Source of the DNA: Patescibacteria group bacterium | GTDB taxonomy: Bacteria > Patescibacteriota > Patescibacteriia > UM-FILTER-42-10 | Direction of reading: 5' to 3' | Assembly (NCBI GenBank): GCA_041664365.1 | Contig: JBAYKW010000001.1 | Location: 308,465-372,464, forward strand | DNA length: 64,000 nucleotides | In this document: piece by piece, positions 49,533 to 58,851 of the stretch | Numbering within the stretch: position 1 is the first letter of the stretch | Layout: each line of letters begins with the position of its first letter | Translations under genes and position numbers: made by a program | The notes under the pieces: generated by a model | Seen by the model: the letters and a program-made list of their open reading frames with translations, nothing else | Databases searched by the model: none | What the model was told of the DNA's origin: nothing

Positions 49533-50279
49533 TCATTTGGTAACATAATAAACTACACTCTGATTTGATTTTATATTGAATTTTTCTTCCTGAACCTCCA
49601 GAACTTTTACCCCATTGCTTTTCAAAAAAGAAACAACTTCCTTTTTTGGAATAGAACTCATGCTAATGGAAAATAGTTTTAGCTTTTCGTATAAATATTT
49701 ATTCTTAAATCCCATAAATTTTAGTAATAAAAACAATTTTCTCACTAATTGAAGTCGGTAAATTAAAGGTATATAAGCAGGCAACTGAAAAATCAACAAA
49801 CCATCTACTTTTAATGTCCTTATAAATTCAATAATATATGATTTTATTATTGATTTATCCTGTAAATGTTGTAAAACTAGGCTAGTATATATCATATCAA
49901 AAGAATTACTATCAAATATCTTTAAATTTTTCTCTGTATTTATTAAAAAATGACAATTTGGCATATCTGTGTTCAATTCCCTGGCTTTTAATATCATATT
50001 CTCAGCGATATCCACGCCAATGCATTCTTTAAAGTAATTATTTAATGCTCTTGTAAGCCTACCCACCCCACACCCAAAATCAAGCACTTTTTCTCTGTAT
50101 TTTGGATAGTCTAATGTCGTAGCTACTTTCATTACAGTATCAATCTCCTTTTTACCAGTAGAAAAAAAATCATCAGTGTCCCATTTATTGAATCTTTGTT
50201 TAGGGTCTGACAAAATTGCCCAAAATGGATCTCTAATGGCTAAATCTTCCCACTCTTCTTTCAGTTTATCTAGAGACAT
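49533..50279 (-). CDS. Class I SAM-dependent methyltransferase
   Basis: VLDFGCGVGRLT motif I. Confidence 0.65.
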   Translation of the reverse strand: MSLDKLKEEWEDLAIRDPFWAILSDPKQRFNKWDTDDFFSTGKKEIDTVMKVATTLDYPKYREKVLDFGCGVGRLTRALNNYFKECIGVDIAENMILKARELNTDMPNCHFLINTEKNLKIFDSNSFDMIYTSLVLQHLQDKSIIKSYIIEFIRTLKVDGLLIFQLPAYIPLIYRLQLVRKLFLLLKFMGFKNKYLYEKLKLFSISMSSIPKKEVVSFLKSNGVKVLEVQEEKFNIKSNQSVVYYVTK

Positions 50280-50366
50280 AATTTTTATTTATTAATAATA
50301 GTAGTTATAAAATATAGAATGCTATATGTGTGAATAATATTTTTCTATTTATCGGTTTGTTCACCA

Positions 50367-51419
50367 TTATTCTTTTAGAGTTAATTCTTTAACTGAAATA
50401 CCAAATCTTATAAACCAAGAATATATTTCTTTGTTTGTAACCTTTTTATTTTTTTGAATAATTTTTCTTTTTTTCAACATTTTTGGCGCTCCACTTAAAC
50501 CGAAATACCACGCTTTTAGTAATATAAAGAATAAAGATCCTGCTGAATAATTTTCGATATACTTACCTGCAGATCCTCTTTTTCCTAAAACCCCATATAT
50601 TTGATACAAATATCTCTTTAAACTATAGTAGGGGCTTATTAGTAATAAAGATATAGGAAATATTTTAATTGCCACCCATAGCCTATTTCTTTCTACAAGA
50701 AAAGCTTTTTTAGGAGAGTATTTCCCAGCAGTAGCCGAATACATATGATAAACTATAGAGTCAGGAATATACATTGAAATCCAGCCAGCCATTCTAGCCC
50801 TCAATCCAAGATCCGTGTCTTCACCAAAATAATAAAAATCCTCATCTAACAAACCAATTTCATTCAAAACTTTTTTTCTGTAGAAAGCTGCGCAACCGCT
50901 TGGAAAACATATTTCTTCAATTTTATCGTATTGATGAATATCTTTTTCAAGTTTTCCCCTTCCTCTATTTAGTCCATCTTTATATATTAAATGACCTACA
51001 TTATCAAACACATTTCTGTCAAAATAAGAAAGTATTTTAGGTGAGAACATTCCCACCTTACTATACTTCTCATCATTAGCAACATTCACTAATCTTGAAA
51101 TGCAGTGTGTATCCATTTCAGTGTCGTTGTTGAGAATAAAAATATACTCTCCACTTGACTGCTTTATTCCAATATTATTCGCTGCAGAAAAACCTATATC
51201 TTGTTTATTCTCGATAATAATAACTTGGGTAAATTTATCTTTAAGATATTCAATAGAATCATCATTTGAACCATTATCAATCACAATGATTTCAATGTTT
51301 TCATAACTTTGTTTCAGTATTGAAGGTATGCATATTTCAAGCAGTTTTCTTCCATTTTTGTTCAGCACCAAAACTGAAACCAGTGGTAAATCCACTTTTA
51401 TAGATTGATTCACTTCCAT
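50367..51419 (-). CDS. Glycosyltransferase family 2
   Basis: VSVLVLNKNGRKLLEICIPSILKQ...IIVIDNGSNDDS. Confidence 0.75.
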   Translation of the reverse strand: MEVNQSIKVDLPLVSVLVLNKNGRKLLEICIPSILKQSYENIEIIVIDNGSNDDSIEYLKDKFTQVIIIENKQDIGFSAANNIGIKQSSGEYIFILNNDTEMDTHCISRLVNVANDEKYSKVGMFSPKILSYFDRNVFDNVGHLIYKDGLNRGRGKLEKDIHQYDKIEEICFPSGCAAFYRKKVLNEIGLLDEDFYYFGEDTDLGLRARMAGWISMYIPDSIVYHMYSATAGKYSPKKAFLVERNRLWVAIKIFPISLLLISPYYSLKRYLYQIYGVLGKRGSAGKYIENYSAGSLFFILLKAWYFGLSGAPKMLKKRKIIQKNKKVTNKEIYSWFIRFGISVKELTLKE

Positions 51420-51748
51420 TCCTTTTTATTATTATCTCTCAATGCCATTTCTCTGACTAGACCAGTAATCTCATGCTCGACAAACTCTAACTTAACGTAA
51501 ATTCGAAACATACCATAAAATAATGCAACTAATGATATATATACTAGTGCATCTACACCCCTACCGATTCCAACACTGTGCGCAATATAATCACTGACTT
51601 TCGGCCACCAAACAAAGAAAAGTATTCCAGACCATATAAAAATCCAAATCAACAACGCGATCTTTTTTACAGACCCTTCACGATGACGAAGAATAACACG
51701 AGATATTGCAAATACAACAAAAAAAGTAATAAAAATTTTTATAATCAT
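51410..51748 (-). CDS. Small membrane protein (DUF2304-like) partnered with a polyprenol-phosphate glycosyltransferase
   Basis: Three TM segments. It overlaps the upstream GT2 gene and is immediately adjacent to the downstream GT2 gene. Confidence 0.45.
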   Translation of the reverse strand: MIIKIFITFFVVFAISRVILRHREGSVKKIALLIWIFIWSGILFFVWWPKVSDYIAHSVGIGRGVDALVYISLVALFYGMFRIYVKLEFVEHEITGLVREMALRDNNKKEWK

Positions 51749-51749
51749 A

Positions 51750-52448
51750 CTACCTTAATTTATTAACAAATATTTTAAATAATATTTTAATAAAATCTCC
51801 AATCTTTTGACCCTTGGCCAAAGAATAATCAGTATAACTAATCGTTACCGGGATTTCCATAAATGAAATGTGCTTATGCGCTATTTCTTCTAGTATTTCA
51901 GATGCATGCGCATAACGATCTTGCGAAAAGTGAATCTTTTCAGCTGCTACTGCTGTCATTGCCCGAAGTCCATTGTGTGTATCAGATAGATTCAACCTAG
52001 TAGTAAAATTCGTATATACGATTGCCAAACGATGCAAAACCTTCCTCATAAGTGGTATCTTACGCTGACTTAATTCCGTAAGATAGCGAGATCCAAGTGT
52101 AACTTCACACTTTTTTGCATATAGCGGTTCTAGCAAAAGTTTTATATCTCCAACTTGATGCTGTCCATCCGCATCAAAGGTCACAATATAGTCTGCGCCT
52201 CCATTTAGTGCTAATACTATCCCAGTCTTTAATGCCGCTCCTTGACCACGATTAATAAGATGCTCAATAATCATGCAATTATAATTCCGTGCAATTTCGG
52301 CAGATTTATCTGATGAGGCATCATCAACAACAATTATATCATTGTAATTATTCTTATTGAGGTCGGATAAAACATTACCAATTGTTTTCTCTTCATTAAA
52401 TACCGGAATTACTATGACAGTTTTCATTTTTTGCTGAAATAAAATCAT
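51750..52448 (-). CDS. GT2 polyprenol-phosphate sugar synthase (GtrB/DPM1/ArnC-like)
   Basis: VIVIPVFNEEKTIGNVL...IIVVDDASSDKSAEIA, 232 aa and soluble. The domain organisation matches lipid-carrier glycosyltransferases. Confidence 0.7.
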   Translation of the reverse strand: MILFQQKMKTVIVIPVFNEEKTIGNVLSDLNKNNYNDIIVVDDASSDKSAEIARNYNCMIIEHLINRGQGAALKTGIVLALNGGADYIVTFDADGQHQVGDIKLLLEPLYAKKCEVTLGSRYLTELSQRKIPLMRKVLHRLAIVYTNFTTRLNLSDTHNGLRAMTAVAAEKIHFSQDRYAHASEILEEIAHKHISFMEIPVTISYTDYSLAKGQKIGDFIKILFKIFVNKLR

Positions 52449-52590
52449 TCTGATTTAAGCATCAAATATGGTGTTTTCGTTATTTATTATACATAATACG
52501 CAAGTAATTATCAACCACCAACCAACGATAATTATTCATTTACAAAAAGCAGTAAAAATGCTAGATTTTAAAGGATAAACAGATGTTTTC

Positions 52591-54261
52591 ATGAAAAAGC
52601 ACGTCACCTATATATTTGTTCTATTGCTGATTTCAGTGGCAATCGCAGGGTTGCCTAATTTTGTTAGTGGGCAATTTCCGGTCTGGAAAGACTCCATTGC
52701 CGTGGCCTGCTCAGTTAAACATATTGGCGAGAACGGAGAACTGGGTTTGGGTGATAATTTCTATATCAACTTTGATAATGTGAATATCCCCTATTGCTGG
52801 GATAAAAATGTATACCCTCTGAACCAGATTTACATGTACGCTTTTAGCTCATTTTCCAGTATCGATCCCGCTATGACTGTGACGCTTGTATATATATTGA
52901 TATACCTGCTGATTGTCACCGCTGTTTATCTGGTCGCCTGGGAGTTGTACAACAAACATCATCTGGCATTTCTTTCCGCGATACTGGCCGGAACCAGCCT
53001 AGCTCTGCTCCGGATTCTTACTATTTCACCGCAACAGCTTTTTGGCTTCCTGCTGATTTTATTTATTGTCTGGAATTTGTTGCAGTACAAGAAAACCAAT
53101 CAAAAAAAATATTTGCTTCTAATTCTAATAACAGTACTTAATCTGGCACTAATCCATCAACTCTCGCTGGTTGTAGTATCAATTGCTTTAGTAATATATT
53201 TCATATCTATCATCAAAAAGAAAGTTCTGATTATTCCCTTCTTATTAGTAGCATTTTCAATTATTGCATTTGGGCTATATATTTTTTCTTCCGGCAACAA
53301 TCCCCTGGATTATATCCTGAAAACGATCTATTATGCATCAACAATCGGAATGTCAAATCTTCTGCCGGCACATCCGATCTGGGAACATCCCGCAATACTC
53401 GGCTATTTTTTAAGTATCTTCGGTTTGTTTGGAGCATTGATTAACCTCTTTACCAAAAAATCACCTCTAAAAGTTTTCTGGTGGTCGATGATCCTTTTTT
53501 GCTTGTTTATGACCCACAGTTATTTGTTAGGTTTTTATTTTGTCGGATATCGCTTTCTATTCTTCCTTTTCCTTCCACTCAGCCTGCTTGCTCCGATATT
53601 TTTTGTCAAAATTTCAGGGGCCTTCGGTAAATCAGCCAGATACCCGATTGCGATAATAATTATCCTGTCAATTCTGGCTTCAGGAATTCATGGCGTTAAT
53701 TTTCTTTTGGATAATTATAACGGCTTAAGCAAACCGGTCCTACCGACCAAGGAATACAGAGAGGCTATAACATGGCTTAATGACCACTCAAACAAAACTG
53801 ACACTGTATTAACAACGATTCGCAACGACCAAAAGTATGGTACTTTCCTGCCCTACCTTTATAATGGCAACGTAATGATTTTTCCCACATTCTATTTCCA
53901 TAAACCAATGGAATTTGAATTCCGGGGCGATGAAAACACCTACTCCTATTCCGGTCAGTCAGCAAATCCCACTACAGTAATAGGAAAGCTGATCAAACCA
54001 TATGTAATAAATACCGAAGACGATGAAAAAGAATTTATTTCGTCTTATGAAGATCAGAGACAAGTGCTTTATGAAATGTTTAAAATGACTTATTATCCAA
54101 AAGACATTGAATCGCAAGAGTATCTGGATAAGTATGATATACGGTTCGTAATAATATGGAGAGGAAAACCGGAAAGCCAAATTTATGCCAATACTTCTGA
54201 ATTTAAAAAAGTATACCAAACTGAATCAATTGCAATTTATCAATATACGAAACTGAACTAA
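52591..54261 (+). CDS. Large polytopic GT-C-like membrane glycosyltransferase candidate
   Basis: 556 aa. It is polytopic, with a first-loop acidic motif (LGDNFYINFDNV) and a C-terminal soluble domain. Confidence 0.45.
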   Translation: MKKHVTYIFVLLLISVAIAGLPNFVSGQFPVWKDSIAVACSVKHIGENGELGLGDNFYINFDNVNIPYCWDKNVYPLNQIYMYAFSSFSSIDPAMTVTLVYILIYLLIVTAVYLVAWELYNKHHLAFLSAILAGTSLALLRILTISPQQLFGFLLILFIVWNLLQYKKTNQKKYLLLILITVLNLALIHQLSLVVVSIALVIYFISIIKKKVLIIPFLLVAFSIIAFGLYIFSSGNNPLDYILKTIYYASTIGMSNLLPAHPIWEHPAILGYFLSIFGLFGALINLFTKKSPLKVFWWSMILFCLFMTHSYLLGFYFVGYRFLFFLFLPLSLLAPIFFVKISGAFGKSARYPIAIIIILSILASGIHGVNFLLDNYNGLSKPVLPTKEYREAITWLNDHSNKTDTVLTTIRNDQKYGTFLPYLYNGNVMIFPTFYFHKPMEFEFRGDENTYSYSGQSANPTTVIGKLIKPYVINTEDDEKEFISSYEDQRQVLYEMFKMTYYPKDIESQEYLDKYDIRFVIIWRGKPESQIYANTSEFKKVYQTESIAIYQYTKLN

Positions 54262-54506
54262 TGCTACAAAGACTGGAAAAAATTAATGCGATATTAATAC
54301 TAGCCGGATTAATTGTATTGGCGGGACTGATTATCTATGCCGGGGTTTATAATCTGGTTTCGGGCAACCACACGTCTCTGGGTGATCCGTACTATTCCAA
54401 CCAAATTTCGGTTTTTGAAAGATCGCCCGCGATTACCTGGACCCTTTTCATCAACCTTATACTACTGACAATTCATTTGGTATTTACATTACGAAAAAGA
54501 AAATGA
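54261..54506 (+). CDS. Small two-TM membrane protein
   Basis: Hydrophobic, 81 aa. Confidence 0.35.
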   Translation: MLQRLEKINAILILAGLIVLAGLIIYAGVYNLVSGNHTSLGDPYYSNQISVFERSPAITWTLFINLILLTIHLVFTLRKRK

Positions 54507-54772
54507 AGCAAGTTTTATCAATCATTCTCGGAATACCATTTATTACCTTTCTCCCCGGTTTTTGTTTGAGCTATCTATTTTTCAAAAAAAATGAGATTAA
54601 ATCGACGGTCAGAATATTGTTATCTTTTATTCTAACTATTTTATCACTCCCGATACTAATTTATATCGCTACACAGTTTGGAATGAGGTTGAATTCTCTG
54701 AATATATTAATTACCTCATTAACATTAATTGTTATTTCTGCTAGCTACGTTTTTGTCAAAAAACGATTATGA
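54503..54772 (+). CDS. Small membrane protein with LPGF motif (paralogue of the 28423-28848 product)
   Basis: FLPGFCLSYLFFKKNEI. Confidence 0.4.
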   Translation: MKQVLSIILGIPFITFLPGFCLSYLFFKKNEIKSTVRILLSFILTILSLPILIYIATQFGMRLNSLNILITSLTLIVISASYVFVKKRL

Positions 54773-55371
54773 CTTTAGAAAAGATATATTTACCGGAACA
54801 ATATTATTTTATTACCACTAATATTCTAAATAAAGAATGGGTTTTTGGTAAATTAATACATGGTATTTATGAACCAAATGAAAGATTATGCGTAGCGTTT
54901 ATCAAAGCATTAAATGAATTAAGAAAAATAATGGGGTTTTTACTATCAGGATATGTCATTATGCCCAATCATGTGCATTTAATATTGAAAACAGCGGAAA
55001 ATGAATCTTTTGATACAGCTGAAGATAAATCTTCAGCTACGCGTTTTAATGATGTGGGCATCCCAACCCGCGTAGGCGAAAATTCATTTTCGCCTGGTCA
55101 TAATATTTCCCAAATAATGAAAGCAATAAAAGGAAGATCTGCAAGAATTATCAATGAAATATTGGGAAAAAACGGCCAATTATGGCAACATAGCTTTTAT
55201 GAGCATGGGATAAGAAATGAACAGGATTTTATTGAAAAATTAAATTACATACATTTCAATCCAGTGCGTGCCGGTTTAGTAGAGGACCAGTCGGATTTCA
55301 AATATTCCAGTTACCAGAATTATCATTTAGATGATGATTTGATTATTAAAATTGATAAAATTGATTTATAA
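54769..55371 (+). CDS. REP-associated tyrosine transposase (RAYT, IS200/IS605-like HUH Y1 family) carrying an in-frame REP-doublet insertion
   Basis: HUH motif HVHLIL; C-terminal LWQHSFYEHGIRNEQDF..LNYIHFNPVRAGLV, which is the RAYT-type catalytic region. There are about 33 extra residues between the HUH and KGRSAR motifs. Confidence 0.8.
   Translation: MTLEKIYLPEQYYFITTNILNKEWVFGKLIHGIYEPNERLCVAFIKALNELRKIMGFLLSGYVIMPNHVHLILKTAENESFDTAEDKSSATRFNDVGIPTRVGENSFSPGHNISQIMKAIKGRSARIINEILGKNGQLWQHSFYEHGIRNEQDFIEKLNYIHFNPVRAGLVEDQSDFKYSSYQNYHLDDDLIIKIDKIDL
55016..55094. repeat. REP doublet (two inverted GTAG-hairpin palindromes) lying inside the RAYT ORF
   Basis: cagctgaagataaatcttcagctac (GTAG on the minus strand) and gtaggcgaaaattcattttcgcc. 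The identical termini recur at 55446 and 55650. Confidence 0.65.
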
Positions 55372-55445
55372 TTCAGTAGTGAATCTAGGATTACGTGATT
55401 TGATGATTAATCCGTTTCAATCCGCTATTAAAAATGGTTTACCTA

Positions 55446-55650
55446 CAGCTGAAGATAAATCTTCAGCTACGCGGATAGGATTGAAATATGATAAATCGTC
55501 CGCCACACGCGGACAATCATCGAAAGATGAATCTTCCTCTACGCGAAAAGGAATAATGTATAATAAATCTTCCTCTTCGTGTTATAAAAATATTACGCGT
55601 TTGATAGATAAATTTGTTCCATCCCGCGTAGGCGAAAATTCATTTTCGCC
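55446..55650. repeat. REP array (BIME-like): the same two terminal GTAG-hairpin REPs flanking about three degenerate internal REP copies
   Basis: The 5' end is acagctgaagataaatcttcagctacgcg and the 3' end is cccgcgtaggcgaaaattcattttcgcc. The internal copies are gatgaatcttcctctacgcg and gataaatcgtccgccacacgcgg. Confidence 0.6.
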
Positions 55651-55680
55651 GTTATAATATACAAATATGATTTTTTTAGA

Positions 55681-57129
55681 ATGAGCATAAAAAAAATATT
55701 TTCTTCCACCATATTTCTAATGTTCTCCCGCATATTATTCCGGGTGATTAGTGCTGTGATTGGAATACTTTTAGCGAGATTCCTGGGTGTTGAACAGTTC
55801 GGGCAATACGCCACCGTAATAGCCTTTGTAAACCTGTTTATGGTGTTTAATGATCTGGGTGTTTCCAGATACAGCCTGATTGAAGGTTCAAGGGATAAGG
55901 AAAAACTGGCTACCCTGCTGGGCAACGGGTTAGTGATTGAACTGGTGCTCTCACTGTTTTTGTACGGATTAATGGCAATAATTATTAACCTGGTCGGTTA
56001 TTCAGCTATAATTATTGAACTGTTTATTATTCTCGCTGTAGCAGAACTTCTTTTCGAAAGCAGAAAAATATACCAGTCAACTCTGCAGTCGTTAACAAAA
56101 TTTTATCTGATTAGCTGGCAACAGATTATTTATTCTGTCTTGTTTCTTTCATTGGTATTGGTTTCTGTATTGTACAAACCTGAAGTAAAAGTTATCGCCT
56201 ATATCCAGCTATTCGTCTCTGCTTTGTTATTTCTTATCTATCTGGTTTTTGTTTTCAAATATATCCGTCCGGTTGTCAAACTGCGTGAAATACCCGCTAT
56301 GCTGAAACGTTCGTGGATATTCTGTATATCCTCTGTATTTTTTATTGTTTACTTTCAGATCGATATTGTAATGCTCTCAATCATGAAGACGGAGGTGGAT
56401 GTCGGACTTTATTCTGCGGCATATCGGCTGGTTGTTGCTTTCTATATGATACCGCAGATTATTTTCCAGGTTGCCTTGCCATATATATATAAATTCAGCC
56501 TGACCGATAAAGAGAAGTTCAGCAGAATCACCCATACAATCCAGAAATACCTTCTGGCTATGGCAGTTCCAATTACAGTCATTTTCTTGTTTGGTGCAGA
56601 TCAGATTATTAACCTTATCTATGGGAAGGAATATCTGCCTGCGGCGGTTGTGATGCAAATCATGGGTATTATAATCATTATCCGATTCTTTACCTATTCT
56701 TCTGCAGAATCAATCACCGCGATCAACAGACAAAAAATCCGTGCGACAATCGAGGGTATTACTGCTGTTTTGAATATTGTACTAAATCTGTTTTTAATCC
56801 CCCGCTATGGTTTTACCGGATCGGCCGTCGCGACTTTGGTATCCGAATTAGTTTTGGGCGTACTATTTTATATTTACATAGAGAAATATTTTAAGCAGGG
56901 AATGTTTATAGGATTAAAATATTTATTTCCCGCCCTATTATCAGGAATACTTATGTCGGTGATATTCTTTGAACTTTCCGGCAGAATTAATATAGTATTC
57001 AACTCAATTGTCAGCACTATTGTGTATCTGGTTGCATTATACCTGTTAAAATTTTTATCCTCCTATGATATAAAGCTGATCAAGGAAATCTTCCCATTTT
57101 TCAATAAGTCTTCAAATAATAATGAATAA
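55681..57129 (+). CDS. wzx: Wzx-like polysaccharide flippase (MOP superfamily), second copy
   Basis: 482 aa with about 12-14 TM segments. The N-terminal RILFRVISAVIGILLARFLG is typical of PST-family flippases. Confidence 0.65.
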   Translation: MSIKKIFSSTIFLMFSRILFRVISAVIGILLARFLGVEQFGQYATVIAFVNLFMVFNDLGVSRYSLIEGSRDKEKLATLLGNGLVIELVLSLFLYGLMAIIINLVGYSAIIIELFIILAVAELLFESRKIYQSTLQSLTKFYLISWQQIIYSVLFLSLVLVSVLYKPEVKVIAYIQLFVSALLFLIYLVFVFKYIRPVVKLREIPAMLKRSWIFCISSVFFIVYFQIDIVMLSIMKTEVDVGLYSAAYRLVVAFYMIPQIIFQVALPYIYKFSLTDKEKFSRITHTIQKYLLAMAVPITVIFLFGADQIINLIYGKEYLPAAVVMQIMGIIIIIRFFTYSSAESITAINRQKIRATIEGITAVLNIVLNLFLIPRYGFTGSAVATLVSELVLGVLFYIYIEKYFKQGMFIGLKYLFPALLSGILMSVIFFELSGRINIVFNSIVSTIVYLVALYLLKFLSSYDIKLIKEIFPFFNKSSNNNE

Positions 57130-58137
57130 ATATATTAAAAAAACGAAGCTATCAATTTACGGACTGGGTAATTTTGGTTACGCATTCCTGAAACATTTCG
57201 ACAGAAAACACACCGGTTTAAATATATACGGATATGACCGTGATAAAACCCTTATGGCACATTTAAGAAAAGAACGCACTCACCTTTCGTTATACCAGGA
57301 TTATAAGGTTTCGCGGAGTGTTATTTTTGCAAACAATGTCAAAGAATTACTGGAAGATTGCGACATTCTTGTTTTGGCAATTCCCTCAAATGCAACCAGG
57401 GAAGTAATGAAAATAATCAAGCCGTATTTACCCAACGGCATATCAATTGTCAACACATCTAAGGCGCTTGATTATCAGTCAGGTAAAAGACTTTCGCAAA
57501 TTGTCAGAGCAGAGCTTAAAAACAAAAATTTCAAATACGCTTTATTTGCCGGCGGAACAATTGCCGCTGATCTTTTTAAACATAACCTTTGGGCGCGACT
57601 ATGGCATGTGAAGATAAAAAAATCCTGCCTACTCTGGTAAATATTTTTGAATCCAGCAATCTGCGCGTTTATCCGAGTAATGATCTGGTGGGAGTAGAAT
57701 ACGCTTCAGCCTTTAAAAACGTGGTTTCCGTCCTGGCGGGGATAATTAAGGGAATGGGCTTCTCCTATGGCTCGGAAACGCATATTATAACAGTTATTGC
57801 AGATGAGCTGGAAAACATCGCTATAGGCCATTTTGGAGCTAATAAAGCCACATTTAGCATGAAAAGCCAGGCCTGGAGCAATGATCTTTGGATGTCCTGT
57901 ACGGGGTCTACTAGAAACAGGGAATTTGGTATATTATTAGGCAAAGGGATATCGGCAAAAAAAGCCGTCCTGATAATGAAAAAACAGGGGAAAACGATCG
58001 AAGGGATAAACACGATTGCTATCCTAGATACCATAGTCCCCCTGAAAAATTACCCCCTTTTAAAATTTTTACATTCACTGATTGTAAAAAAGAATATAAA
58101 AGTTGATGCAATTAAAGAAATAATATTTAAACAATAA
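57122..58137 (+). pseudogene. gpsA: NAD(P)-dependent glycerol-3-phosphate dehydrogenase (GpsA)-family gene split by a frameshift near 57588-57593
   Basis: ORF 57122-57640 matches the GpsA N-terminal NAD domain (ALFAGGTIAADL). ORF 57589-58137 matches the C-terminal domain (VEYASAFKNVVSVLAGI..GFSYGSE). The frames meet at a tttggg run. Confidence 0.6.
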
Positions 58138-58149
58138 TACCAAATTGAA

Positions 58150-58851
58150 ATGAAAGCTGTCATCTTGGCCGCCGGCATGGGAACCAGATTCGGAACATTG
58201 ATTCCAAAACCTCTCACAAGTCTGAAAAACGAAATGACAATTTTAGATGCGCAAATATCCAAGTTGTCCAAAATTGACGGTTTGGATAATATTTTTATTG
58301 TTGTAGGATATAAAAAAGAAATAATCATGGAGGCGCATCCGGAAGGAATTTTTGTCTATAATGATGCATATGCACATACCAATACGGCTAAAAGCCTGCT
58401 GATAGCACTTGAGAAAATGAATGACGATGTTATCTGGCTGAATGGCGACGTCTATTTTGATTCTGCTGTTTTGGATTTGCTGAAAGTTTCGCAGGATTCC
58501 GCCTGCCTAGTGGATACGAAAAAGTGTGCAGATGAAGAAATAAAATATACCCTGTCAGACATCGGATTTATCAGAGAGCTCTCCAAAGAGGTAAAAAACG
58601 GCGAGGGTGAAGCAGTCGGCATTAATATGGTTAAACAGAAGGATTTAAAACTATTTATGGAGGAGCTCCGCAAAGTCGGTCAAAAAGATTATTTTGAAAA
58701 GGCTCTTGAAAACCTGACTTTATCCGATAAATTGAAACTGAAGGCAATCAATATTGAGAACAACTACTGCAAAGAAATTGATTTTGAAGAGGACCTTTTG
58801 GATGTGCAGAAACACATCAACGAATCAGAAATTAATAATGGTAAAATATAG
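58150..58851 (+). CDS. MobA/LicC-like nucleotidyltransferase (candidate cytidylyltransferase for a phospho-alcohol head group)
   Basis: MKAVILAAGMGTRFG...PKPL is the N-terminal NTP-transferase motif; the overall layout resembles LicC. Confidence 0.65.
   Translation: MKAVILAAGMGTRFGTLIPKPLTSLKNEMTILDAQISKLSKIDGLDNIFIVVGYKKEIIMEAHPEGIFVYNDAYAHTNTAKSLLIALEKMNDDVIWLNGDVYFDSAVLDLLKVSQDSACLVDTKKCADEEIKYTLSDIGFIRELSKEVKNGEGEAVGINMVKQKDLKLFMEELRKVGQKDYFEKALENLTLSDKLKLKAINIENNYCKEIDFEEDLLDVQKHINESEINNGKI

Noticed and set aside
55352-55657. 101-aa ORF with repeating AEDKSSATR / SSSTR peptides
   Set aside because: It is a read-through of the REP array. The peptide repeats are translations of the GTAG-hairpin DNA repeats. 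There is no independent start context.
57589-58137. TTG-initiated 182-aa ORF treated as an independent gene
   Set aside because: Its N-terminus aligns to the middle of GpsA-family proteins directly after the end of ORF 57122-57640, so the two are halves of one frameshifted gene.
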